From the NCBI RefSeq assembly GCF_001194135.2, contig NC_068981.1, forward strand, positions 161,376,386 to 161,440,385: DNA of 64,000 bases. The letters run 5' to 3'. This DNA is from Octopus bimaculoides (taxonomy: Eukaryota). Under the pieces are notes generated by a model that made no database searches, had not been told where the DNA came from, and saw only the letters and a program-made list of their open reading frames with translations. The position numbers were made by a program, and so were the translations under genes. Below, piece after piece: positions 51,790 through 63,206 of this stretch; the first letter of the stretch is position 1, and every line of letters begins with the position of its first letter.

Positions 51790-52090
51790 ATTTGTTTCAG
51801 TAGTTGCACAGTGGCCATGCTGGGGTACTGACTTAAAGGCCTTAATTGAACAAATTGGCCCCACTACTTATTTTTAAATTCCAGTACATATTCTACCTAT
51901 CTCTTTTGTCAAACTGCTAAGTTACCGGGATGTAAACAAACCAACACTGGTTGTCAAGTTATGGTGGGAGGACAAAAATAAACGTGGGCGCAAACACACA
52001 CGACATGCTTCCACAGAGTCCATCTGCCAAATTCATTTATGAGTCATTAGTTGGCCCAGAACTATAATAGAAGACATTTGCCCAAGGTGC
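51790..52090 (-). mobile_element. SINE family A copy
   Basis: TTTGTTTCAGTAGTTGCACAGTGGCCATGCTGGGG...GAAGACATTTGCCCAAGGTGC. Confidence 0.75.
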
Positions 52091-54130
52091 AATGTGCCTT
52101 ACAGTATTATTCTGCACTCAATAATAAACACTCCCTTGTCACAATTGCCATTAAAAATGCAGATGATTGATTCAATAGAAACCCATAAACAACATTGCTA
52201 TCTGTTCTCCAATTACAATGTAAGATAGTCTCAGCCAGTAAAATGCAATAGTGATAAAAAGAATGTTGAAAAGAACTTTTTTCTTTCACTACACATTCAA
52301 TGGTACTATTTCTCATAGTGTGTGTATGTGTCACATTAGATAAACTAGACCTTTCTAATTCAGGAAATGTAATAAATTAGAGATTATGGGGATATATAGA
52401 GAGAGATTATGGAGATATATAAGACACTATATAAGATAAAATATTATATTCATCTAAGATGAGAGCTTCTTTCAATATTTCTTTTAAGTAATAAATATAT
52501 AAACTGACTTAAGATGTAGTTTTTTTTTTTTATTTAAATATGTAGATTTAAATATGAAACAAGAATAGAAATTAACTAAAACCAACTTCAAGTAATTATA
52601 AGAAACATTCAAAACATAAACACACTAATATGATTTGTAGTTTATTTCAAGAAGGGTTACTACCACAAAAACAAAAAAAAATGTATTTACAAATCAATTG
52701 TCACTATGATATAAAATGAAGAATTTCAACTTAGATAGCTCTCATCTGACATTAAATTAAGCAGACTAGAAATTGAGAAAACTTTCCCTTCTAATGAAAT
52801 TTTTTTTTTCATTCTTTTACGTTTGTTAATAATGTGATTAAAAAAATAAAATAATAATAATAAAAAAGAAAAACCTGTTAAAGTCACGCCAGAAACATTT
52901 GTCAGCTTTTCTGACACGCTTTAGCATTCTAAATAGAAAAATAATTGAATGATATAGTAGGAAACGTCAATGTGACTAATAGGTGCCAATGTGGAAATAA
53001 AACATATGTAAATCAAAGAAATTGGGAAGAAATCAATTATTCGAGCAAAAGACTTTTGTTGTTGATTTGAAGTAGCTTATAATAAGTCATAAAATATAAG
53101 AGTATCATAATTAAGAGAAAGGAAAATGTGAATTTGAGATGTTTATGCTTGGCCAAGGATATTAATAGTCTAAGTTAAATGAAATGATAACAACCAAGAT
53201 AGAACTAGAGTAGATCCTATCTTCATATTATACTTGTCAGATGAGTAACCATACAGTATGCAGAGGCTAGGAATGAATGCTGAAACACTAAAAGATGCAG
53301 TTATATAGTTTGGGTAACTCAATAATTATGTGCTAGACTTAATGATTCAAATGCAGCTTAGGAAACCCGATTAAGAATTTGGAACCATTCCTGTTACATA
53401 ATGAAGGAGTTAGTGGTAGAAAAGGCATACAGTTGTAAAAAAATTAAAATTTATATGAAAATATACCAAGTTAAGGATTGTCTTAAAATGGACATTCAGT
53501 TTTTGCCTTTCATCCTTTTGATAAATAAGTGCCCATTGAAGGTGGTGAATTTAAAAGGCCAGGCAAGATGTGCTGTAATATCCATTCTGGCCTTTTATGT
53601 TCTAATTATTTATCTCCTGTGCTGACAGTAATGCTAAGACAGAACCATCCCAAATCCTCAACTTTCCCTTCGGATAAACACTGGCGTTATGGAGAGGGGA
53701 GACATGCTTGCGTGGGCAATGCAATTCTGCCAGCCTTCCTCAAAAAAATCTAGCCCAGGCCTGTAGACACGTTTATCCACTAATGGGAACTCCTACTTAT
53801 ACATGCATAAATATATACACAATGTGGGCTCACACACACATACTAAGACATGTTTGTGTGTATGTGTGGTTAAAGAGGCACCTGCATAGTTGTATAATTA
53901 AGAAGTTCACTTTCCAACTACATGGCTTCAAGTTCAGTCCTACTGTGTGGTACCTTGGGTAACCATCTATTATAGCTCCTGGTAAACTAAAGCCCTGTGA
54001 GTTGATCTGGTAAGCAGAAATTGAAAGAAGTATGTTGTACACATACAATCACAAATGTAGATAATTTTGAGAACTGAATACTGGTGGGGTAAGAACCATG
54101 TGGTTAAGGTGATGGGTTATCACACTGAGT

Positions 54131-54433
54131 GGAGGCGCAATGGCCCAGTGGTTAGGGCAGCGGACTTGCGGTCATAGGATCGCGGTTTCGATTCCCAGAC
54201 CGGGCGTTGTGAGTGTTTATTGAGCGAAAACACCTAAAGCTCCACGAGGCTCCGGCAGAGGATGGTGGCAAACCCTGCTGTACTCTTTCACCACAACTTT
54301 CTCTCACTCTTACTTCCTGTTTCTGTTGTACCTATAATTCAAAGGGTCAGCCTTGTCACACTGTGTCACGCTGAATATCCCTGAGAACTACGTTAAGGGT
54401 ACACATGTCTCAGCCACTTGCACGTTAATTTCA
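54131..54433 (+). mobile_element. SINE family C (tRNA-derived head), tail truncated
   Basis: GGAGGCGCAATGGCCCAGTGGTTAGGGCAGCGGACTTGCGGTCATAGGATCGCGGTTTCGATTCCCAGACC has Pol III A and B boxes and retains CpGs; highly similar to 58020-58310. Confidence 0.9.
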
Positions 54434-55704
54434 TATTATTCTAAGCTCAAATTTTACTACTGTCATATGTATTGAGAATTCCATAATGACTTCTGATACT
54501 GACTACAGTGTCATGTTTAAAGTTGGTTGAATTGACCCAAATGTATGCTTATTATTTAATGATAGTTACATGGAAAGAATGAAAGGCAAAGTTGACACTG
54601 TTGGTTTTTGAACTGAAAATGCAGAGTAGCATAACTGAAAACATAAAAGTATTTTAGTCCTATCCTGCCATTCATTGCTCAGCTTATTGAACCTCAATTA
54701 AAAGAGTTAATTACAATAGATTAAGCAAATAAATGCTTTTATTTCTTATTCTTAACAATGTAGCAGTCTTTATTGGAGCATCGCATACAGTTGCCTTGTA
54801 GTATTTGTTCTGACTCTCAGTGCTTTAGGTTTAGATATATCTGAGGTTATGAACAACAAACTGAATGCCTTATGTGGTTTGTTCTGGCACTTTGTGCTCT
54901 GAGTTCAAATCTTGGTTGCACATCACCATCTGGCACCTGGAATGACTTATATTCCAGGTGCGTTGTAAGCATTCTGGTCAAGTTGCCAGCTTAAGGATAT
55001 CTTACTCCCACCCACCCATCAGTCTTGATGAAGGCCCTGCAAAGGGCTATGGGTGCACTGTCAGCACTCCTGACTAAAAGATAAATAAACACTGATTAAA
55101 TCAATCCCACCCTACGCAATAATTATATAAAAGCTAAACCACACACAGACATCCTCACATCCACCCACCCAGTAAGGTTAATTAAATTCAAAACAATGAA
55201 GCTGTATTTAATGTAACTATTAATTACCAATTACTTCTAACAAAGTAGGTTTGGTGCTGAAAGTAGTGATTCAAACTAGTTGTGCTATCTGCTGCATCCA
55301 GTTTGGCTCACTACTTAGCAAACCTAACATCTTAAAACCCCAACCCCCATACACACAAACATTTGCTTATCTATTTTGTTTTTTACTACATTCTTTTGGT
55401 TTCACCACTCATATTAAATTATATTTCTGGCAAGTTAACTTGAGGTTCCTCAGTAACAATGTAACCTTCATATAATAACTAAAGTATCTTCGGCCTGATG
55501 AGTAACTAGTGGAATGCCCTCATTGAGTAATTATTACTTCTGAGGATCTGCTAGCTAGGAAACATATGTAACCTAGATTTTACCTGCTCCACTCCCTCAA
55601 CTTGGAAACATATATATAATTTTTTTCGAATCATGGGTCTCAAAAGATAACATGAAAATATTGGTTCGAAAAACCCTTTGGGATAGCAAAAGTCAAAGGC
55701 TGCC

Positions 55705-55830
55705 TGGTGTGGCTGTGTGGTTCCGGGTTCAGTCCCACTGCATGGCAACTTGGGCAAGTATTATCTACTATAGCCTCAGGCCGACCAAAGCCTTGTGAGT
55801 GGATTTGGTAGTCGGAAACTAAAAGAAGAC
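55705..55830 (+). mobile_element. SINE family A head half
   Basis: GGTGTGGCTGTGTGG...GGGTTCAGTCCCACTGCATGGCAACTTGGGCAAGTATTATCTACTATAGCCTCAGGCCGACCAAAGCC. Confidence 0.8.
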
Positions 55831-57849
55831 ATGCTGGTAAAACACTGCTCCTCTGAATGGAAACCTTACCTGTCATTGTGGTTTTGTGGCATGAAACAAA
55901 GCAGGCGTAGCCATCCACTCTAGAAAACAGATAGTAAATAATCCACAAGCAAACTGAGTCCTCAACTTGCTCCATTTGCCAACAGGTTTTCAAGGCACTG
56001 GCAGACCTCAAGAGACACATTTATGTCCATAGAACATGATCAATGCTTTATTTTACTGAACTCCCATTTTTTGTTCACGTCAAGAGAATACATCATCATC
56101 AATATATATTTATGTGTGTGTGTGTGTGTGTGTGTGTTTATGTGTGTCTGTCTTTATATCTCTGTTTGTCCCTCCACTACCACTTGACAACCAGCGTTGG
56201 TGTGTTTATGTCCTCGTAGCTTTGCAGTTCAACAAAAGAGATTGACAGAATAAATACTAGATTTTCAAAAAAATGTCCCGGGATCGATTTCTTCAATTAA
56301 AACTCTTCAGAGCAGTGCCTCAGCGAATAAAAGAATATATATATTATGTTAACTACATTTAAATGAATCATTGCATTTTGACACACCACCAGCTGAAAGC
56401 AGTTTGATTGTGGCACAATTCTTGAAATAATTAAATGGTGGACAGCAGATGACCTTACAATATCTAAGTCCTTTGTCAAAGCAGATAGCCCTGTTTGAAC
56501 AGTCTGACTAACAGGTCCCTCTCTTACTTCATGCATGAGTGAGTGTCAATAGCGGAAAAGCAACTAGGCATGAGAAAACTGTTTAAACAATATTCAAATG
56601 TTCAGATTTTTACTCTTTCTCTCTCTCTCTCTCTCTCACACACACAAAACACCCTATCCACGAAAGAAAGATAAAAAATAAATTATTGAAACAATAGCAG
56701 AAAGAGATGAAAGTGTGTGTGTATGTGTGTGGAGGGGGTGGAGTGAATTACAGCATGCAAAGAAAAAATACTTCAATCATGTATAATGAATAAAAAAATA
56801 TCTAAAGATTCACATGATATGATGAACTTGTTTAACACCCAGCTATGTATTGATTGAATGGCAAACTTAAAGTTTTGTACTTTTAACAGAGAGTCAGCTA
56901 CGAAGCACAGAGAGAAAGACAGTTGATAGATTAAATGAAAGGACATGTAACAGGCATACACAGGTGTATTGACAAATTCTATAGGAAGACACAGCAAGAG
57001 TCAGAACGATAGAACATCTAAAAGATCATCAATTATTTCTGATAGAAGGATGAGGAGTCTTATTCACTTAGAATTATTTCGAATTCCCCCATAGTTGCTT
57101 TTGAACTCTTGAAACAGCTTTAAAAATATGCTTTAGTTTATTATAGCAGAGGTGGATGGATGCACACATACACGCACACACATCAAAATATATATTTAAT
57201 AATAGAAGCCACTCGTCCTTCTCAGGGTATAAACTGACCTATATGTGTGTAAACAGCAGAAATATTCCTCTGGGTTACATACAACATGACATAGAAAGTA
57301 GTGTAATGAATGAAGTACACACATATATATATATATATGTATATATATCTATATATATATATTAGACAAAGTAGCATTGTTGATGTATTCATAATTCCGG
57401 AAGTCACAAGTGTCAGTTTACAACGCAGTTTTGGTGAGGAAGGGGGTGGAGCAAGCACTATAAATAATACCAACATCATTAACATGCCACTTAACTAACT
57501 ACAAACAGCTACTGGCACAAACTTTAGCACCAACAGAAGCAAGCATCATCTGACTTACACTAATAGCATTACTGCTGCTCCCAGCTATCATTAGCACCAC
57601 GATGTGGGGTCTCAGCCACTAGAAATAGCAGCCTTCTTTTAAATAAGAATCTTATTAACTTTAGAAGTGGGGGTGGAGAAAGCATACTTTGGACAATATA
57701 ATTCTGGATATATAATAGCAAGATAAGTGGAGATGTCTGGGTGCAACTGTTGGGATGGGTATGATTTGGTGTGGTTGATTGGACATACAGCCTGTTTTGG
57801 TGACAGTATTTTTTTGACACTAGTGGCAAACACATACACACATGCATAC

Positions 57850-58019
57850 ATATATATATATGATTTTCTTTCTCCGTCTTCCCTTCTTTGGACTTTTTCT
57901 ATATTTCTGATGAAGAGCTCCGCTCGAAACGTGAAATCCTCTTTCTTTTCTTTCCTTTCCTGAGCGTCCAATAACACTGTACTTATTCCAAGTCCTCGCG
58001 TTGTTGTTTTTTCTTGCTT
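57850..58019 (+). mobile_element. Penelope-like pseudo-LTR remnant
   Basis: Pyrimidine-rich, CpG-retaining segment centred on a minimal hammerhead-like motif; the Penelope assignment is inferred from that association. Confidence 0.5.
57903..57937 (+). ncRNA. Minimal type I hammerhead-ribozyme-like motif (G at the cleavage position)
   Basis: ATTT-CTGATGA-A-GAG-CTCCG-CTC-GAA-ACGT-G-AAAT: conserved CUGAUGA and GAAA, 3-bp stem II, palindromic ACGT stem III, ATTT/AAAT stem I. Confidence 0.6.
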
Positions 58020-58378
58020 TGGCCCAGTGGTTAGGGTAGCGGACTCTGCGGTTTCGATTCCCAGACAGGGCGTTGTGAGTGTTTATTGAGCGAAAACACC
58101 TAAAGCTCCACAAGGCTCCGGCAAGGGATGGTGGCGAACCCTGCTGTACTCTTTCACCACAACTTTCTCTCACTCTTACTTCCTGTTTCTGTTGTGCCTA
58201 TAATTCAAAGGGTCAGCCTTGTCACTCTGTGTCACGCTAAATTTCCCCGAGAACTACGTTAAGGGTACACATGTCTGTGGAGTGCTCAACCACTTGCACG
58301 TTAATTTCACGAGCAGGCTGTCCCGTTGATTGGATCAACTGGAACCCTCGACGTCGTAAGCGACGGAATGCCAACAAC
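58020..58378 (+). mobile_element. SINE family C, near full length
   Basis: TGGCCCAGTGGTTAGGGTAGCGGACTC...GGAACCCTCGACGTCGTAAGCGACGGAATGCCAACAAC, running into a gap. Confidence 0.9.
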
Positions 58379-58839
58379 NNNNNNNNNNNNNNNNNNNNNN
58401 NNNNNNNNNNNNTATATATATATATAAAGAGAGAGAGAGAGAAACAGAGGCAATGAGAGAATGTGAGAAACATTAAAGCAAGTGATGTCAACTAAGTCAG
58501 CACTGAATCAGTAACACCAAAAATATTTCATACCTTAAATGAGTGACCTGAAGCTAAATAACAGCAACAGCAATACTATTTCAAAGTCTGTTTGATGAGG
58601 GCTGGCTTGGTGGGGTTAAATAGTTCCATTTTAGGCCTGCTTTGCAACCATGTATTTAAAATTTTTTTTTTTTTTTTAGCGAGTGTCTTTCTATAGCCTA
58701 GGTCGATCAAAGCCTAGTGAACCAAATCTACAACTGACTGAAAACTGCATGGAAGCCCATTGAAGAAACAATCCTGTTCTTGGATTTTAGATTTAATTGC
58801 TCAGTTTAATGTTACCAGTTACTTAGAGACCCGTAACCG

Positions 58840-59020
58840 TTTGTCATTCAGCGTATTCTATCAAAGGTTATGCTTATTTATTCATTGTTTTGAATTAACC
58901 ATGCATAAACATAGCTTCGAGATTGTTTATTTCTAGAATGACATTGTAAGGTAGGTATGAGATGCTGAATTTGGTCAGTTTAAATATAAAACAGGATATG
59001 GCTGGTTTAAATGCTAAGGG
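58840..59020. mobile_element. piggyBac-like MITE (family of 27745-27937), degenerate
   Basis: CATTCAGCGTATTCTATCAAAGG...TTGTTTTGAATTAA...GAATGACATTGTAAGGTAGG...GGTTTAAATGCTAAGGG. Confidence 0.65.
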
Positions 59021-59924
59021 GGAGGTGAAGGAGTTTATTCTCTTGCAAAGCTAACGAGTGCTGTCCTTCTTCCTCTGCATAAACATTTAAACCTACACCA
59101 ATATATTCCTATCATCATTACCCACCATTCACCCCCATTCAACAACAGCTTCCACTGCCACCACCACCATCATTTTGTCCCTACAGCTACTGACCTCTAC
59201 ATCTATATCACATCTACTACCAACATCACTGGAAATCAGTTGCCATCTTCAATCACCACACTACTGTTTAGTGTCCGTACTCTCATCAACATCTTTACCA
59301 TCATACACACATAAACTACATCATCATCACTAACTACCCCTTTAAGAAAATAAATAAATATCAGTTGTTAGTACACATATAAAAACACTAACGTATGCTT
59401 TAAACACTTGTTTATTTTATTATGTTATCAAACATGAAAACAAACAAAACCATTAAATAAACTGAAAGTAATATAACAAAAACAACTATTACTGGATACT
59501 TTTTATGCAATAAATTATTATTATAATAATTGTTGAATCAGTCTCATTGTATTTTGTCTAATCCAAATAGGCATGAATAAGTGGACATTGAAACTTATTA
59601 TTATTATATCCATTTTACTTATCTGAGCTCTTGATTTCAATTGCTCTGGTTAATTCTGTAAAAACACACAGCAACCTGCTGTCAAAGGTCTCACAGGGTC
59701 TCTTTCAACAACACTCAACAACCCAGTACCAATCTCAGAATCCTCGCTGACCCCAACAGAGCAGTATTTTGAACATGTTCTACCCTTGAGTCAATTCCAG
59801 TCCCCCCTCCCCCGACGTTTTTCAAACTTGGTTGTTATTGACCCCAGTGCTCCTACGACTACTGGGATGACAGTTACTCTTTTCATTGCTCGCATTCATA
59901 GTTTTATTATTATTATTATTATAT

Positions 59925-60430
59925 TGTTAGCATACAGATAACAATATTCAGTGGCATTTCTACCAGCTTTATGTTCTGAGTCCAAATTCCGGCGATCTTT
60001 CGGTATGATTACCTAAATATCGGCCTTTTCTGTAAAAAGTGTCTTCGGAGATCTTTACCAAAGATCGGCCTTTTCCGTAAAAAGTGTTAGCGAAAGACAT
60101 ACAAAGAGCTCGATTTATTTTGAAGGGTTTAGAGTTAGGGTTAGGTTTACGGTTAGTGTTTGGGTTTTAGGGTTTGCGTTAGGAAATTCCGTCCCTAACC
60201 GTAACCGTAACCCCTAACCCTAACACTGTAGTGAAGATCATGGGGGGTGTTACGGAAAAGGCCGATATTTAGGTAATCGTACCGAAAGATCGCCCAAATT
60301 CCTCCAATGACTTCACTTTTCATCCTTCCCGGTTTAATAAAATGAGTACCAGTTGAACACTGGGGAAGATATAATAGCAAAGCTCCTTCTCTAAAAACTC
60401 CAGGTCTTGTGCCAATAGCTGAAAGAATCA
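59925..60430 (+). mobile_element. SINE family B copy interrupted at its B box
   Basis: TATGTTCTGAGTCCAAATTCC|insert|...CATCCTTCCCGGTTTAATAAAATGAGTACCAGTTGAACACTGGGG; removing the insert restores a B-family copy. Confidence 0.8.
59991..60294. mobile_element. 304-bp non-autonomous TIR element with 8-bp TSD and internal inverted telomeric repeats (Merlin- or MULE-like)
   Basis: 45-bp TIRs GGCGATCTTTCGGTAYGATTACCTAAATATCGGCCTTTTCYGTAA match 43/45; TSD CAAATTCC at 59983-59990 and 60295-60302. Confidence 0.92.
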
Positions 60431-60850
60431 TTATTTTTATTATCAACATTGTTGCTGCTGTACAGAAAAATAAAGGCAGTGGGATGACAGAATTGTTAGG
60501 ACAACAGACAAAATTACATTGCAGTATCTGGTTACATTCCTTTACGTTATGAGTTCAAATTTTGCTGGGGTCAATTTTACCTATATTTCAAAGTGGTTAT
60601 CTAAAGCAACTAGTGAAGTACTGGGTGAGTGGGTAGTGTGGATAGTATAAATGACCCTAAAATTTCTGGTTTTGTGCCTATATAAGTAATCATTATTAGC
60701 AGAAAATATAAGACATAAAATACATCTATATATGAAAATCTCAGTGTAGGCCATTGAAATAGCATAAAACCCAAATACCCAACAAACTAAAAAGTACACA
60801 CAGATAGTTAGAAAGTATGAAGCTATGGAATTGTCTAAGATAAAAATCTT

Positions 60851-61178
60851 GGATCTTTTTTAAAACGGGGGCCACATTTTTCATTAACGAAACACTTTGA
60901 AACTTGGAACACTGGTAGAATGTGTCATATAAAACATCTTTTTCTCTTAGTCTTCTTTAAAAAAAAAGAAATCCCTAAGTTATTCCATGTTAAAGTTGTC
61001 GTATTTCTGTAATTTCAACCAATCACTGACGTCCATTCAGCCGATATACATTAAGTGCCGACTACATAAACAAACGATTCTGAAACAATTAACCCTAACC
61101 CTAACCCTAGGGTTAGGGTTAAAGCAAATTTAAAATGAAAAACGCAAATAAAACGAAGAATCGTTTGTTTATGTAGTC
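60851..61178. mobile_element. Probable long-TIR (foldback) element with a central telomeric palindrome, right arm cut by a gap
   Basis: GACTACATAAACAAACGATTCT (61060-61081) is perfectly inverted at 61157-61178 and runs into the gap; palindrome TAACCCTAACCCTAGGGTTAGGGTTA at 61096-61121. The left boundary is a guess. Confidence 0.65.
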
Positions 61179-61407
61179 NNNNNNNNNNNNNNNNNNNNNN
61201 NNNNNNNNNNNNNNNNNNNNNNNNNNNNNNNNNNNNNNNNNNNNNNNNNNNNNNNNNNNNNNNNNNNNNNNNNNNNNNNNNNNNNNNNNNNNNNNNNNNN
61301 NNNNNNNNNNNNNNNNNNNNNNNNNNNNNNNNNNNNNNNNNNNNNNNNNNNNNNNNNNNNNNNNNNNNNNNNNNNNNNNNNNNNNNNNNNNNNNNNNNNN
61401 NNNNNNA
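61179..61407. other. Assembly gap (229 N)
   Basis: Run of N. Confidence 1.
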
Positions 61408-63104
61408 AGTGGTAATAAATACTGAAACTACACAGATCAATCTCTCTTCTCCAGCCATTACAACTGTATTTTTCACAGTTAGGTTAGAATGTGTGTTTAT
61501 AATATTATATTTCTTCTGTTAATATACATATTTTTTTTAAAGATGGTGATTCTTCTGAAGAGAATGCTCTAAAACCATGCAACTTGGAGCAGCACTGGAG
61601 TGAATCCTTAGTTTTGAATGAATAAATAAACTATTACAGTTATTGAGTATTTTCATCCATCATTGCACCCCTAAGGGTTTTTTTTTTTTTTGGTCTCACA
61701 CACCAGGTCTAAATTTTTTGAAAATTCCTATAAATATGTGTAGTTTCGCATGCTGCTTATGAAGATAAATGTTTTGAGATATTAAAACTAAAAATGCAAC
61801 CATTTACAACATGCCAAAAGTTGGAATTAACAACCACTTGCAATTTGATATTTCTGTATTTCTTTGGAGACAGGTATTTTTGGAGTGAGCATATTGATTC
61901 CACAGCAACTTATGGAGTAGCATCACAAGCAGAAAATTTGGTAAGTCTGTAAAATCCTTTAAAAATGGAACATGATACAGTAGAATATTATCCAAGAGAA
62001 GGAAATAGCTCTGAGAAGTAGCCTCAATGAGTAAAAACCCCAAATGAAGATACCCGTTGATGACAGAAGGACCCAGTAGAAATTCAAGAAAAGGGGTTGC
62101 AGTACATTTGAGTCCATACAGAAAGGAAATTGGCTTGAAGGTAAGTGTAAGTACTCTTCTATAGATTATTAGGAGAAAGAACTTACAACTGTCCGTTTCT
62201 ATGAGGAGCAGTTAAAAAATATGAACCATAATACTGAGATTGATTATAACAATTATATGAGGGAAATGATGTGTGCAAGGTACAAGAAACAAAAAAAAAA
62301 ATTCACTTAGAGAGAGTGTGTGTGTGTGGTGTGTGTGCACGCGTGCGTGTCTGCAAATACCTATGTTGCTCCAGTGAAATACACACAACTTCATATACCA
62401 TTACTGAAACTGTCTAGTGAACTTAGGAAGAAATGATAGTTGGTTTTGAGTTGTTCACAGCAGCAATGAGGGAGAAAAATATTGCTAGCCAAAGTTGAAC
62501 ACTAAAGTGTTTTAAGAAGATGTTTACATTAATTATTATCTTGTTAGTCAGTCGAGTGGTGAATAGCACAGCATGCTGTCAAATGTTAACATACCTGGGC
62601 ACATGCTAAGCAATAGTAAAAGATTGCATCTAAGTTAATTAAGTACCATTTTCTTCTAAATCTGTAATTTTTATAAATAATACTAAAGCTGAGAGAGAGA
62701 GAGAGAGACAGTAGTGCCTAATTAACAGTTTATAAGTACATATTCTACACACACTCTCTAATTGAGATTGTATCAGTGCATGTGGTTTCATGATTACTGT
62801 TTGGACGTGTGTGTGTGTGAGAGAGAGAGAAGGAGATAAACAGACAGAGAGGGGGGACATAGACTGACAGGCAGAGAGAGATATTCACACTGAAAGAGAG
62901 TGAGTGAAACTGTACTGCAGTAATAATAACATTAAAATTTATGTGAGGTAAATAATAAATGGCTAATAAGTGCTTTGAAGTTGATAGCCAGTAGTTTGGG
63001 CATTAAATAAAGATAACTGAAGTGAAGACTTCAACAGGGGCAAGATGCTACTACTCATTTCCTATTCTTAGCCAATCATGGAACTGAAAGAGGTGTTGTA
63101 TATT

Positions 63105-63206
<102 letters not shown>

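Noticed and set aside
53130-53480. Decayed LINE RT remnant (also 39780-40300 and 19260-19640)
   Set aside because: Composition suggests old retroelement debris, but I could not recover any diagnostic motif.
54131-54205. tRNA gene
   Set aside because: A and B boxes are present, but there is no closing acceptor stem and the sequence continues into a ~300-bp body shared with 58020-58378: a SINE head.
55492-55530. GGCCTGATGAGTAACTAGTGGAATGCC hammerhead-like motif
   Set aside because: GAAA is absent, and stems II and III cannot be drawn convincingly.
59140-59340. Thr/Ile-rich open frame after TTTTGTCCCTACAG
   Set aside because: Decayed CAC/CAT trinucleotide low-complexity tract; no donor or homology.
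60125-60224. Ancestral chromosome-fusion site
   Set aside because: The inverted telomeric tracts are enclosed by TIRs and an 8-bp TSD inside a SINE, so they arrived by transposition.
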